64,000 bases of DNA from an uncultured Methanoregulaceae archaeon (GTDB lineage Archaea; Halobacteriota; Methanomicrobia; Methanomicrobiales; Methanospirillaceae). The notes beneath the pieces are model-generated. The model was not told where the DNA came from. It did no database searches and saw only the letters and a program-made list of their open reading frames with translations. Of this stretch, positions 53,445 through 63,253 are shown one piece after another. The position numbers and the translations under genes are program-made. Every line of letters begins with the position of its first letter. Position 1 is the first letter of the stretch. The stretch is from positions 2,496,001 through 2,560,000 of the forward strand of contig OY970061.1 in assembly GCA_963705255.1 (NCBI GenBank), given 5' to 3'.

Positions 53445-55295
53445 TTACCCCGGCTTCGCAGCAAGGGCCCGGTCGATCTCCCGTCTCAGGATCTCGCTCA
53501 CCACTTTTCCGTCAACGGATCCCCGTACTTCCGCCATGACCACACCCATGAGAGGGCCGAGTGCTGCTTTACCTTTTTCGGCGACAAAGTCCGGGCGATC
53601 GGCGATGATCTTTCGTACAATCGATTCGAGATCGTCACGCGATACGGCGGGGGCGAGCCTGGAAAGTGCAGCATCCACGGTGCTGCCCGAAGCTACGCCA
53701 CGGAGGAGATCTGGGATCGCTTCTTTTGCAGCCCGCCCCTGTTCGACAGCGTGCCAGATAGAGAGATATGCATCATCCGGTATGGTATGTATTGCCACTC
53801 CTCCCCGCCTGAGCTCTGTGGAGGTCGACAGGATAGTGAACACGGCGAGCTTGGGTTTTATCCCTTCCTGTATCGCGCGTTCGAACAAGGGGAGTTTGTC
53901 TGATGATACCAGCTGAACTGCATAATTCTTTTCGATCGCATACTTCTGTGCATAGCGCTCGGCCTTTGCAGTCAGCAGTTCGGGTACGGTGACCGAGGCC
54001 CACCGGGGATCATCGATGAATACCGGCAGCACGTCCGTCTCCGGGTACATGCGTTCGGCCCCCGGCAGCGGGCGCATATATGCCGTGCTCCCGCTCTCGA
54101 GCATCTTGCGCGTCTCCTCCGGTACGGGTTTGTCTGAAAACGCGATCCGGGCCCGCATGATGACCTGCGCGATCGCGCACATGGCTTGTTTCTCGTTTGC
54201 TCCTGAAACGAGAATTACACAGTCATGCTTCCCGGCGCCGATATGCGAACGCAGGCTGGCTACTTCTTCCGCGGTAACCCCGTACGCCGGGAGTTCGTCC
54301 GTATGGAAGATACCCCCAACCCCGCACTTCTTCGCATAATCTGACATCTCGCTACCCAGACGGCGCTCCGGCTGGATCTCCCGGCCTACGAGATCTGCAA
54401 ACCCCTTCAGGGTAAGCGCACGGATCTTCTTTGCTTTTTTCAGCACCGCCGATCTGGTATCCCTGAAGAGATCGGTGACGTCCTTATCGCGTGAAACGGA
54501 AGCCCCCCTGGAACGGAGCTCGTCGCGTATCTCCAGGAGGTTCTGCTGCCGCTGCACCTCGCGCCTGACAACTTCGGCTATGAGATCGAGCTCCTGCACA
54601 CCTTTGATCTCGACCCGTGCACCCCTGGCGATCGAGATGTTCACATCCTGCCGGATGGTACCCAGGCCGCGTTTCACGTTGCCGGTAGAACGGAGCACCA
54701 TGCCGATATACTCGGCGACCTTCTGTACCTCCTCCGGCGTGTGCATACATGGAGAGGTCGTTATCTCCACCAGAGGGATCCCGAGCCGGTCCAGCGAGAA
54801 GACCTCGTCTTTCACCCGCTGCGCCGCTTCCTCCTCGAGACAGATCGTCTCTATCCGCCCCCCGTCCGGGAGCACACCGTTGAATGCCACAAGTGCCGTG
54901 CGCTGGAACCCGCTGGTGTTCGACCCGTCGATCACGAGCTTGCGCATGGTATGCACCTGCGGGACCGGTGTCATCCCGAACATCTTGCCGATCGTCAGGC
55001 AGATAGTAAGCGCTTCGTCATTGATCGGCGCCGGGGGTTCCTCATCGTTCTCGACAAGGCAGGTCGTGTCGTAGGTGTAGTACTGGAATTTGCGGTGGTG
55101 TTTCATCTCTTCCAGCGCCGCGCGATCGATCCCTCCCATCTCGCTGACCGTTGCCCGGAGATACCGGGAAAATTCACCACTATGCTCAGAAATCTCACGG
55201 AGTGCGGTCGGGCAGTGGCAGAACAGTTTCTCCTTCGTGTCCAGCTGCTGGTGGATCTCGATACCGGCAACCAGTCCGAGGGCCTTATAATCCAT
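53445..55295 (-). CDS. gatE: Glu-tRNA(Gln) amidotransferase subunit E
   Basis: GIEIHQQL, RKLVIDGSNTSGFQRT, GLGTIRQD, RPLPGAERMYPETD. Confidence 0.96.
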   Translation of the reverse strand: MDYKALGLVAGIEIHQQLDTKEKLFCHCPTALREISEHSGEFSRYLRATVSEMGGIDRAALEEMKHHRKFQYYTYDTTCLVENDEEPPAPINDEALTICLTIGKMFGMTPVPQVHTMRKLVIDGSNTSGFQRTALVAFNGVLPDGGRIETICLEEEAAQRVKDEVFSLDRLGIPLVEITTSPCMHTPEEVQKVAEYIGMVLRSTGNVKRGLGTIRQDVNISIARGARVEIKGVQELDLIAEVVRREVQRQQNLLEIRDELRSRGASVSRDKDVTDLFRDTRSAVLKKAKKIRALTLKGFADLVGREIQPERRLGSEMSDYAKKCGVGGIFHTDELPAYGVTAEEVASLRSHIGAGKHDCVILVSGANEKQAMCAIAQVIMRARIAFSDKPVPEETRKMLESGSTAYMRPLPGAERMYPETDVLPVFIDDPRWASVTVPELLTAKAERYAQKYAIEKNYAVQLVSSDKLPLFERAIQEGIKPKLAVFTILSTSTELRRGGVAIHTIPDDAYLSIWHAVEQGRAAKEAIPDLLRGVASGSTVDAALSRLAPAVSRDDLESIVRKIIADRPDFVAEKGKAALGPLMGVVMAEVRGSVDGKVVSEILRREIDRALAAKPG

Positions 55296-56523
55296 AGGCG
55301 CTCCTCCGCATGCATTCCCCTTTGAGATCCCTCTGCATGAGGGCTGCAGATCTCTCCCGGTTCTTCTCGTTCCCAAGCACCCACATAAGCTTCACCAGCG
55401 CCGCTTCCGGCAGGGTATCCCCGGCTTCAATGACCCCTGCGGCCAGCAGATCGCGGCCGGTATCATAGACCCGGTCGCACACCCTGCCGTTCATGCACTG
55501 GGAGGTCATGACGACCATGGTCCCCTCGTGGATGAGTCGCGCGAGACCCGGGATGAGCGCTGTGCTGACATGACCCAGGCCGGTCCCGGAGATAACGAGG
55601 CCCCTGTACCCTTTATACGCCTTCAGGACATCCGGGAACATCCCCGGGTAGAACTGGACAAGGGCGCAGTGCGGCTCCATTTTGTCCCGGAGTGCGAGGG
55701 AATTCGTACCCCGTCGTACGGCAGCATGTCCCAGCGTCACTTTCCTTGAGGGGAATTCAATCCCCCCGATGGGTGAAATACCCAGGCTCCGGAAGGCGTC
55801 CCTTCTCGAGGTGTGCATCTTCCGGACCCGGGTGCCCCGGTGGATGGAGCAGACATCATCGCTGGTCGTCGCATGCATCACAACCGCGACTTCCCCAAGA
55901 TCGCTCGTTGCCGCCGCGGCAGCGCAGACCGCGTTCATCGCGTTGTCGCTGGACGGCCTGTCCGCGGAGCGCTGGGAACCAACAAATACGATCGGTACCG
56001 GGGTGTCGATCATGAAACTGAGCGCAGCGGCACTATATGCCATGGTGTCTGTCCCGTGGGTAACGATGATGCCCTGAGCGCCGCCACGGATCTCGTCATA
56101 CACTGTCCGGGCAAGGTCCTGCCATATCGCCGGGGTCATGTTCTCGGAAAGGATCGTTGCGAGAGGGATGGTCCGGTAATTTGCTATCTCCGCAAGTTCG
56201 GGGATGGCGAGCAGGATATCGCTCGCATTGAACTGGCTGGTGACCGATCCGGTCCGGTAATCGATCCTGCTTGCAATGGTCCCACCGGTAGAGACAATGG
56301 AAAGGTTGGGGAGCTTGCTGTCCTGGACCACGTCAAGATTCCTTCCTGGCGCAGGTTCCGGGTGCCCGATGACCGTACAGGAGCCCGGGATAACCCCGAT
56401 GTTGTAGCCTGAATCCAGCTTGACTACCGCCATGCCGTCGCGTTCGGTGATGTAAATGCCGTTCCTGCTCATCCCGCCATGATCGCACCGGACAAGGTCC
56501 CCGGAAACTAACCGTGCCGTTAT
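55285..56523 (-). CDS. gatD: Glu-tRNA(Gln) amidotransferase subunit D (start uncertain: ATA at 56523 or ATG at 56472)
   Basis: KLDSGYNIG, STGGTIASR, HGTDT, GSQRSADRPSSD, RKMHTSRRDAF. Confidence 0.95.
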   Translation of the reverse strand: MTARLVSGDLVRCDHGGMSRNGIYITERDGMAVVKLDSGYNIGVIPGSCTVIGHPEPAPGRNLDVVQDSKLPNLSIVSTGGTIASRIDYRTGSVTSQFNASDILLAIPELAEIANYRTIPLATILSENMTPAIWQDLARTVYDEIRGGAQGIIVTHGTDTMAYSAAALSFMIDTPVPIVFVGSQRSADRPSSDNAMNAVCAAAAATSDLGEVAVVMHATTSDDVCSIHRGTRVRKMHTSRRDAFRSLGISPIGGIEFPSRKVTLGHAAVRRGTNSLALRDKMEPHCALVQFYPGMFPDVLKAYKGYRGLVISGTGLGHVSTALIPGLARLIHEGTMVVMTSQCMNGRVCDRVYDTGRDLLAAGVIEAGDTLPEAALVKLMWVLGNEKNRERSAALMQRDLKGECMRRSAYGL

Positions 56524-58002
56524 GCTACCAGCCTCCGCGCTTCAGCTATGAGGTGCTCTTCTGCAGTTGCAAGTTTTACCTGTTTTTTGCTGACTGATTC
56601 TGCATCACGGTGATGCTGTTTCCTCCGATCAGCAAGTGCAGCGCTCACTGCTTCCGGTGCCGGCCCGCCAGGAGCCTTCCGGAGCTCAAGAGAATATTTT
56701 ACGTCGAGCATACTGTCAATATCCTGCTGTGTAAGGCCTTTTCCTGCAAGCGAGATTCCTCCGCCGACCTCTCCTGCGGCTTTTTCGAGCGTGGCAAGGG
56801 AGAGATCCCCTTTCCGGGCTGCCCTACCGACGATGTTGTGAGCCGTGCGGAAGGGAAGACCAAAGGACCTCACAAGGGAATCGGCAAGTTCGGTTGCCGT
56901 TGAGAACCCTTTCCCTGCCTCCTCTCTCATCCGTTCTGTATCGAACGATGCGCTGGCGAGCATATCGGCAAGGAGCCGCAGGCTCTCACCGGCATCCTCC
57001 ATCCCGCGCCAGAGGTTCGGCGTGAGTTCCTGGAGATCGCGATTGTAACTCATCGGCAGGCCCTTGACCGTTACCAGTGCCCCGCTGAATGCCCCGAAGA
57101 CCGATCCGGATTTTGCCCGCATGATCTCGGCAGTATCCGGGTTCTTCTTCTGGGGCATGATAGATGAAGTGGAGCAAAACGCGTCATCAAAGGTCACGAA
57201 CTTCACAAACGAGGTGCTCCAGAGGATCAGTTCTTCGCAGAGCCTGCTGGTATTGGCCATCAGGATGGTGAGGTCTGCGAGGGTTTCAAGCGCAAAGTCG
57301 CGGGCAGCTACGGCGTCCATAGTGTTGGTGACAAGGCCATCGAAGCCCAGAAGTGCAGCGGTGAATTCGCGGTCTATGGGATAGCCGGTGGATGCGAACG
57401 CGGCTGCGCCAAGGGGGGACTGGTTTACCCGTGCGTATGCCTCGTTCAACCGGTCAAAATCGCGGGAGAATGCCTGTTCGTACGCAAGGAGGTGGTGGGC
57501 AAGGGTGGTGGGCTGGGCATGCTGCAGGTGAGTGAACCCGGGCATTGCGCTCTCCGTATGGTTCTCCGCGAGAGTCAGGAGCACTTCCCGGACTTTCAGT
57601 ACCGCGGCCATCTGTGCGATCAGATCTTCGCGCAGCCGGATCCTGATGCAGGTCACGACTTCATCGTTCCGCGATCGTCCCATGTGCATCCGCCCTCCTG
57701 CCTCAACCCCCAGCGATTCGATCAGGAGCGACTCGATCCCCGCATGCACATCCTCGAACCGTTCATCGAACACCTCTTCCGGTATACCTGCGTCATGGAA
57801 TCTGAGTAATGCAGGAAGGAGCTGGCGTGTCGTGGCACGATCATTGATCTTCTGCCTGTCCAGCATCAGAACATGGGCAATATCCACGAGGATATCCGCT
57901 TTGGCTATATACCGGTCTGCACGCATCGATGAGAGGAACTGCATCATCTCTTCCGTCCTCTCACCGGAAAGGCGCCCCAGACCTCACAACGTCGCTTCGC
58001 AT
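56520..58002 (-). CDS. argH: Argininosuccinate lyase; +1 frameshift near 57981 in the N-terminus
   Basis: GRSRND, PGFTHLQHAQP, SSIMPQKKNPD; removing one base restores MRSDVVRLGRLSGERTEEMMQF. Confidence 0.94.
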
Positions 58003-58386
58003 CCGTTTCACCATCCGGGTTTATCTTTACCTATTGGCTGTCAGTTGATTAAAGCCACGCCTTGCGTGCGGCCGGTTCTATCGCCTGCTGGCTGGATGCG
58101 CTCAGGATAATCGTTGATGGCTGGGACAAATTCCTCATCTGAGATGAGAGCAGCGCGCATGAGTCGAAGGATCAGGTCAGATTGTGTCATATATCTGATA
58201 CACCCGTTTCAATCGAGAAATTTTTTCCCGATTGTCCGAAATAATGCCAGAAATTTACCATATTGTGAACAATTTTATTTCAGAGGCTGTTTTTTTGTCC
58301 ATTTTTTTACAATAAATTATGACAAAAGGAGAGGAAAAATATTCTTATTGGTCACTTTTTTATTATTGACAGAACAACTCTCCCCC

Positions 58387-59640
58387 ATGAAAGCAATGAG
58401 GATTACGGTAATAGCATTCATCGCCATTGGCCTCGTATTGTTCACGGCAGGCTGCACCCAGCCTGCGGCGACACCGGCAGGCACGACCCCGGGTCCGGCA
58501 TCAACAGCGGCACCTTCAGGAACGGTAGGGATTCTCTACACGCAGGGTGTCGGACCGATGCCGGGCCTCCTCGCCACCAGCCAGGTCGATGGCTACATCT
58601 CTTGGCAGCCGGTCGTTGAGGCCGGTGTGGAGAGCGGGATCGGACAGGTTGCCTCCTATTCAAAAGACCTCCCGCCTGCGGGAAAGTGGAGCGATCACCC
58701 CCAGAACGTCTTCGTCGTCCGCCAGGACTTCTATAACAGTAACCCTGATCTCGTGAATGCGTTCAGTGCCCTCAACCTCGCATCGAGCCAGTACATCACC
58801 GATCACCCCCGGGAATCGGCGGCGATCGTCGCCGACTGGCTGGCAGGCAAGCAGAATTTCACCTACGGCAACGTAAGTGTCTCGTCTGTCACCGCGGTCA
58901 ATAACTCCCTCCCGACCATCAGGTTCACCAACGAACCTTCGGATGCATGGAAGGGCAGCATGAATGACTTTATCCAGGCAGAGATCGACCTCGGCTCCAT
59001 CAACGGATACTTAAAGAACGGCACGGCCGGAGACAAGGAATCGCTGCTCTACAACTTCACTCCGTACCAGACTGCGCAGACCATCATCGCAACAAAGAGT
59101 GTTCCTACTCTGCCTGTCGTGAAAGCGCCGGTCACGGTCGGTTACCTGATGGCAGTGGATCACTCCGCTCTCTTTGTCGCGGTCAAGAACTACCAGTACT
59201 TCAACGACACCTATGGTATCGAACTCAAACCCCAGGATCTAACCAAATCCAAACCCGATGTGGCAGACTTCATCGTGAACGGCCAGAAAGTCGCCGAAGT
59301 GCACCTCGTGTCCGCTTCGGCCGGCCCTGCCCTGATGCAGCTCGCGGCTACCAATGGGATCCAGATGTCCTATGTCGGTGCGCCTCCGGCTATCGCCGCA
59401 ATCGACCAGGGTATACCGATCAGGATCACCTACCCGATCGATAACCTCGGTACCGGCCTCGTCGTGACCAAAGGGGCGCCTGTCCAGGACTGGCAGAGCT
59501 TCACCGCCTGGGCAAAGCAGCGATCGGAGGCCGGCAAACCGCTCGTCATCGCTGCTCCCGGCAAAGGCTCGATCCAGGACGTCATGCTCCGCTATGCCCT
59601 GCAGGACAGCGGATTTGCAACAACGGAAGTAAAAATTTAA
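58387..59640 (+). CDS. Nitrate/sulfonate/taurine-type ABC transporter substrate-binding lipoprotein (circularly permuted)
   Basis: Lipobox FTAGC; SsuA/NrtA-type motifs VDGYISWQP, HP, GYL..DHSALFVA and PGKGSIQDVMLR. Confidence 0.85.
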   Translation: MKAMRITVIAFIAIGLVLFTAGCTQPAATPAGTTPGPASTAAPSGTVGILYTQGVGPMPGLLATSQVDGYISWQPVVEAGVESGIGQVASYSKDLPPAGKWSDHPQNVFVVRQDFYNSNPDLVNAFSALNLASSQYITDHPRESAAIVADWLAGKQNFTYGNVSVSSVTAVNNSLPTIRFTNEPSDAWKGSMNDFIQAEIDLGSINGYLKNGTAGDKESLLYNFTPYQTAQTIIATKSVPTLPVVKAPVTVGYLMAVDHSALFVAVKNYQYFNDTYGIELKPQDLTKSKPDVADFIVNGQKVAEVHLVSASAGPALMQLAATNGIQMSYVGAPPAIAAIDQGIPIRITYPIDNLGTGLVVTKGAPVQDWQSFTAWAKQRSEAGKPLVIAAPGKGSIQDVMLRYALQDSGFATTEVKI

Positions 59641-59671
59641 TCAGGACAGCGGGTCATTATCATAGAGAACG

Positions 59672-60439
59672 ATGACGCGACGCCTCGGCCTTGTATTGCC
59701 CCTCCTCATCATCCTTGGATGGGAGGCTGTGGCAATCATCATCAACAACCCTTTTTACCTGCCGAGGATCGAGTCGGTCATCCCGGTACTGCTCAACCCC
59801 TTCAGCACGGATTATACGCTCGGGACGGGGAGCCTCGTTGACAATGCCCTCGTCAGTATCGAGCGGGTGATCATCGGGTTTGGCATCGCCGCTGCCGTGG
59901 CCATCCCTCTCGGGATTGGCATGGGCAGATCGTCACGGATCAACGATTTCTTCGATACGACCATCGAGATGCTCAGGCCCGTCCCCCCCCTTGCCTGGGT
60001 CCCCCTCGCGCTCGCCTGGTTCAAACTGGGCATCGCCTCGATCGTGTTCATCATCTTCATCGGCTCGGTCTTCCCCATCCTGCTCAACACGATTGACGGG
60101 GTCCGCGGCGTGAAGAAGACCTGGATCGAAGTAGGAACAACGCTGGGAGCGAGCGAACGGCAGGTGCTCTCCAAGATCGTCGTGCCCGGTGCCGCCCCGA
60201 CCATCTGGACGGGGCTTCGCGTCGGGTTCGGGGTCGCGTGGATGTGCGTGGTCGCAGCGGAGATCCTTCCCGGGCCGACGTCCGGCCTTGGATACCTGAT
60301 CATGTACGCCTACAACCAGGGACAGATGAACGTGATCATTGCCGGGATGATAACCATCGGTCTGATCGGGCTCGCGGCAGACCAGCTCTTCAAGATCGTA
60401 GAGAGGCGCCTTTTCAGCTGGAGGGGGCTTGACCGATGA
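59672..60439 (+). CDS. ABC transporter permease (SsuC/NrtB type)
   Basis: RPVPPLAWVPL, EAA-like loop, WMCVVAAE, GLGYLI. Confidence 0.9.
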   Translation: MTRRLGLVLPLLIILGWEAVAIIINNPFYLPRIESVIPVLLNPFSTDYTLGTGSLVDNALVSIERVIIGFGIAAAVAIPLGIGMGRSSRINDFFDTTIEMLRPVPPLAWVPLALAWFKLGIASIVFIIFIGSVFPILLNTIDGVRGVKKTWIEVGTTLGASERQVLSKIVVPGAAPTIWTGLRVGFGVAWMCVVAAEILPGPTSGLGYLIMYAYNQGQMNVIIAGMITIGLIGLAADQLFKIVERRLFSWRGLDR

Positions 60440-61206
60440 CACTCTCCCTGAGGGAAGTCTCCCGGATATTCACCACGGAAAAAGGTGAGACGATCGAGGC
60501 GCTCTCGCGCATCTCCCTTGAGATCAGGGACCAGGAATTCATCTGCATCCTCGGCCCGTCCGGGTGCGGGAAGACGACGATCCTCCGCATCATTGCCGGG
60601 CTCGAATCTGCGACCTCGGGGACCATCTCCCTCAATGGCATGGCAATAACAAAACCGAGCCCCCTGATGGCCATGATCTTCCAGGAATATTCGTTGTACC
60701 CCTGGCGGAACGTCCAGGACAACGTCACGCTCGGGCTTGAACTTAAGGGGATGAAAAAGGCAGAGCGGGAAGAGAACGCAGAAAAGTACATCGAGCTCGT
60801 GGGACTCAAAGGTTTCGAGCACAGTTTCCCCTACGAATTGTCCGGGGGGATGCGGCAGCGGGTAGCCGTTGCACGGGCGCTTGCCCTCGATCCCTCGATC
60901 CTCCTGATGGACGAGCCCTTCGGGGCGCTCGATGCCCAGACCCGGAACCGGATGCAGCACGAGTTGCTGCAGATCTGGCAGAAGACGAAGAAGACGATCC
61001 TGTTCGTCACGCACAGCGTCGACGAAGCGGTCTTTCTCGCTGACCGTATCGTTGTCCTGACCCGCCGCCCCGGGACCATCCGGGAGATCGTCACCGTTCC
61101 CGGGGAGAGACCCCGTGAGCGGACCGGCGAGGAGTTTGTCCATATCCGCCGCCACCTTCTCGACATGATCAGCGAGGAGTCGGGGACCGCGTCCAGTAAG
61201 GTTTAA
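60436..61206 (+). CDS. ABC transporter ATP-binding protein (SsuB/NrtD type)
   Basis: GPSGCGKT, LSGGMRQR, LLMDEPFGALD, FVTHSVDEA. Confidence 0.93.
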   Translation: MTLSLREVSRIFTTEKGETIEALSRISLEIRDQEFICILGPSGCGKTTILRIIAGLESATSGTISLNGMAITKPSPLMAMIFQEYSLYPWRNVQDNVTLGLELKGMKKAEREENAEKYIELVGLKGFEHSFPYELSGGMRQRVAVARALALDPSILLMDEPFGALDAQTRNRMQHELLQIWQKTKKTILFVTHSVDEAVFLADRIVVLTRRPGTIREIVTVPGERPRERTGEEFVHIRRHLLDMISEESGTASSKV

Positions 61207-61320
61207 TACGCCCCATCTCCATTTTATAAAAGCAGTTTGTGGAGCGTACCGGCATGGCTGTCCGTTCATTTCCGGACGATTATGCCCGCTTTTGACAACA
61301 TACCACAGGAGTAGGACGCG

Positions 61321-62082
61321 ATGGTAAGAAAACCGGCAAAGATGTACAGGAACATCTCGAAGAAAGCCTATACACGGCGCGAATACATGGGCGGTGTCCC
61401 GGGGAGCAAGATCGTACAGTTCGAGATGGGCAACCTCTCGCAGGAGTTCCCGACCGAAGTCGACCTGATCGTTGAAGAGGCGTGCCAGATCCGGCACAGT
61501 GCACTGGAAGCTGCCCGCATCACGGTCAACCGCCGCCTGCTCAAGGAAGTCGGCAGGTCGAACTTCCACTTCAAGGTCCGTATCTTCCCCCACCACGTCC
61601 TGCGCGAGAACAAGCAGGCGACCGGTGCCGGTGCCGACCGAGTCTCTGAAGGCATGCGCCTTGCGTTCGGCAAGGCGGTCGGTACTGCCGCACGGGTCGA
61701 ACCCGGCCAGAAGATCATGACGGTCTTCTCGACCCCGCAGTATCTCGAGAAGATCAAGGACGCCCTGCGCCATGGCGGCCACAAGCTCCCGACCCCCTCG
61801 CATCTCAAGCTCAGCACGATCAAGGTCAGCGGCAAGATTGTCGCGGCACCGAAGCTCGTCGGCGAGAAGGTCGTTGCAGCGCCGGTTGTCACCGAAGAGG
61901 CAGCAGCAACCGCAGCCGAGCCCGTGAAGGGAGCAGAGGCTGCAAAGGGCGGTGCGAAGGGCGGCAGGGAAGCGGCCAAGGGAGCGGCACCGGCAGCTGC
62001 AAAGGGTGGCAAGGAAGCAGCAGCACCCGCCAAGGCCGAAGAGAAGAAAGGCCCGGCCCACGCAAAGGGCGGGAAGAAGTAA
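61321..62082 (+). CDS. rpl10e: 50S ribosomal protein L10e (uL16) with Ala/Lys-rich C-terminal extension
   Basis: [41 protein letters not shown]. Confidence 0.95.
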   Translation: MVRKPAKMYRNISKKAYTRREYMGGVPGSKIVQFEMGNLSQEFPTEVDLIVEEACQIRHSALEAARITVNRRLLKEVGRSNFHFKVRIFPHHVLRENKQATGAGADRVSEGMRLAFGKAVGTAARVEPGQKIMTVFSTPQYLEKIKDALRHGGHKLPTPSHLKLSTIKVSGKIVAAPKLVGEKVVAAPVVTEEAAATAAEPVKGAEAAKGGAKGGREAAKGAAPAAAKGGKEAAAPAKAEEKKGPAHAKGGKK

Positions 62083-62205
62083 TATTTTTTCTTTTTCTCT
62101 CACATTTTTTTACCCGTTTCCGGCAAATGGATATCGTATTTAATCCGGAAAACGGTTGTCTGAAATCTCAACGCAATTATATGATTAAGGAATATATTAT
62201 TGATC

Positions 62206-62506
62206 ATGCCATGTGAATTGACCGACATGGAAATACAGATTTTATATATCTTATATCGTAACAAAAATTTCAAAATCAGCGCCGGATACCATAGTGAGAA
62301 ACTCAAAAGAATTCTTCGGAAGAAATATGAGCAGGACTTCGATGAAGACATCGCGAACCTGAAGAACAGGGCATATATTGCGACCGTCAAAAAAGACGAT
62401 CCCAAATATTACATCGCTGACCTCGGGAAAGTGTACATCCGTCCTGAAAAACCACGGCCTGAATGTCACTCCTCTTGGGCGAGACAGGGTCCGCCATCTC
62501 GATTGA
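62206..62506 (+). CDS. Small winged-helix-like protein; probable +1 frameshift near 62437 (as read, the ORF runs to 62571)
   Basis: LTDMEIQILYIL..LKNRAYIATVKKDDPKYYI wHTH-like pattern; the shifted frame gives a plausible VLKNHGLNVTPLGR tail. Confidence 0.6.
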
Positions 62507-62647
62507 TGGTACTGATTCTGTTAATTTTTTTTAACAATTCTTTTATACCTTGCTTACCAACAGGATGGTGACAAGAATCCTCCGGGTGGTACCCGGTGCC
62601 GACCCGGATGAATACGGCATGCCCCGGATAAGGAAGATGCGATTATC

Positions 62648-63157
62648 ATGAGACAACCATTCGAGGGTTTATTCGGCGACACCTGCGAGACCCGGCTCAT
62701 GCAGTTCCTGCTGCCGATGTACGGCATCGAATTTGACATGGCCGATCTGACTGACGAAGTCAGGCTCACCCGGCAGTCCATTTCAAAAGCGATGAAGAAA
62801 TTTTCGGACAGGGGCATGGTGAAGATCCGGAAAGAGGGACGCACCTGGCTTTATTCCATCAACGAAGAATCTCCGCTGGTAAAACGCCTCGAGGACTTCG
62901 ACAACTCCCTGATCGAAGCGATGGTCGGACCCGGCAAGTTCGCCGGAATACAAAAAAATAACGACAATCCGGTCCAGGCTTCACCCCGCAAGGAACGAGG
63001 GCGGCGTACAGAAAATGCATCCCTGCGCTACCATGCCACCCGGGAGGAGGTCCCGTGCATTGCAAGCAGTCCCGGTACTTACCCGGATAAAAGGACCCGG
63101 GTCGGGATTCACGAGTCGGTGAAGGGAGCAGCCCCGGCAAAGGGCGGCAAGAAGTAA
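62648..63157 (+). CDS. ArsR/MarR-like winged-HTH protein whose C-terminus is a copy of the rpl10e tail
   Basis: DLTDEVRLTRQSISKAMKKFSDRGMVKIRKEGRTWLYSIN; ends VKGAAPAKGGKK. Confidence 0.75.
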   Translation: MRQPFEGLFGDTCETRLMQFLLPMYGIEFDMADLTDEVRLTRQSISKAMKKFSDRGMVKIRKEGRTWLYSINEESPLVKRLEDFDNSLIEAMVGPGKFAGIQKNNDNPVQASPRKERGRRTENASLRYHATREEVPCIASSPGTYPDKRTRVGIHESVKGAAPAKGGKK

Positions 63158-63253
63158 TATTTCTCAAAACTTTTTTGCAGATTTTTTTCTATCCGGCCCG
63201 GGTTTTTTGGCTACGTGCATCAATGTCATGGTGACTTTGTGCACGGTTTTCTG

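Larger units (their letters stand above)
62062..63162 (+). mobile_element. Putative inserted two-gene cassette bounded by a 26-bp direct repeat of the rpl10e 3' end
   Basis: GCAAAGGGCGGGAAGAAGTAATATTT (62062-62087) versus GCAAAGGGCGGCAAGAAGTAATATTT (63137-63162), 25/26 identical. Confidence 0.5.

Noticed and set aside
25427-58002. Pseudogenes or programmed frameshifting in cobT, HPS-RraA, dph6, argH and others
   Set aside because: The genes are otherwise intact, lack slippery heptamers, and the indels sit at recurring motifs, so sequencing error is the simpler explanation.
60310-62103. 597-aa minus-strand ORF, and similar long antisense ORFs such as 5928-6824
   Set aside because: These are shadow frames antisense to well-supported GC-rich genes (ABC ATPase, rpl10e, mch), with no recognisable motifs.
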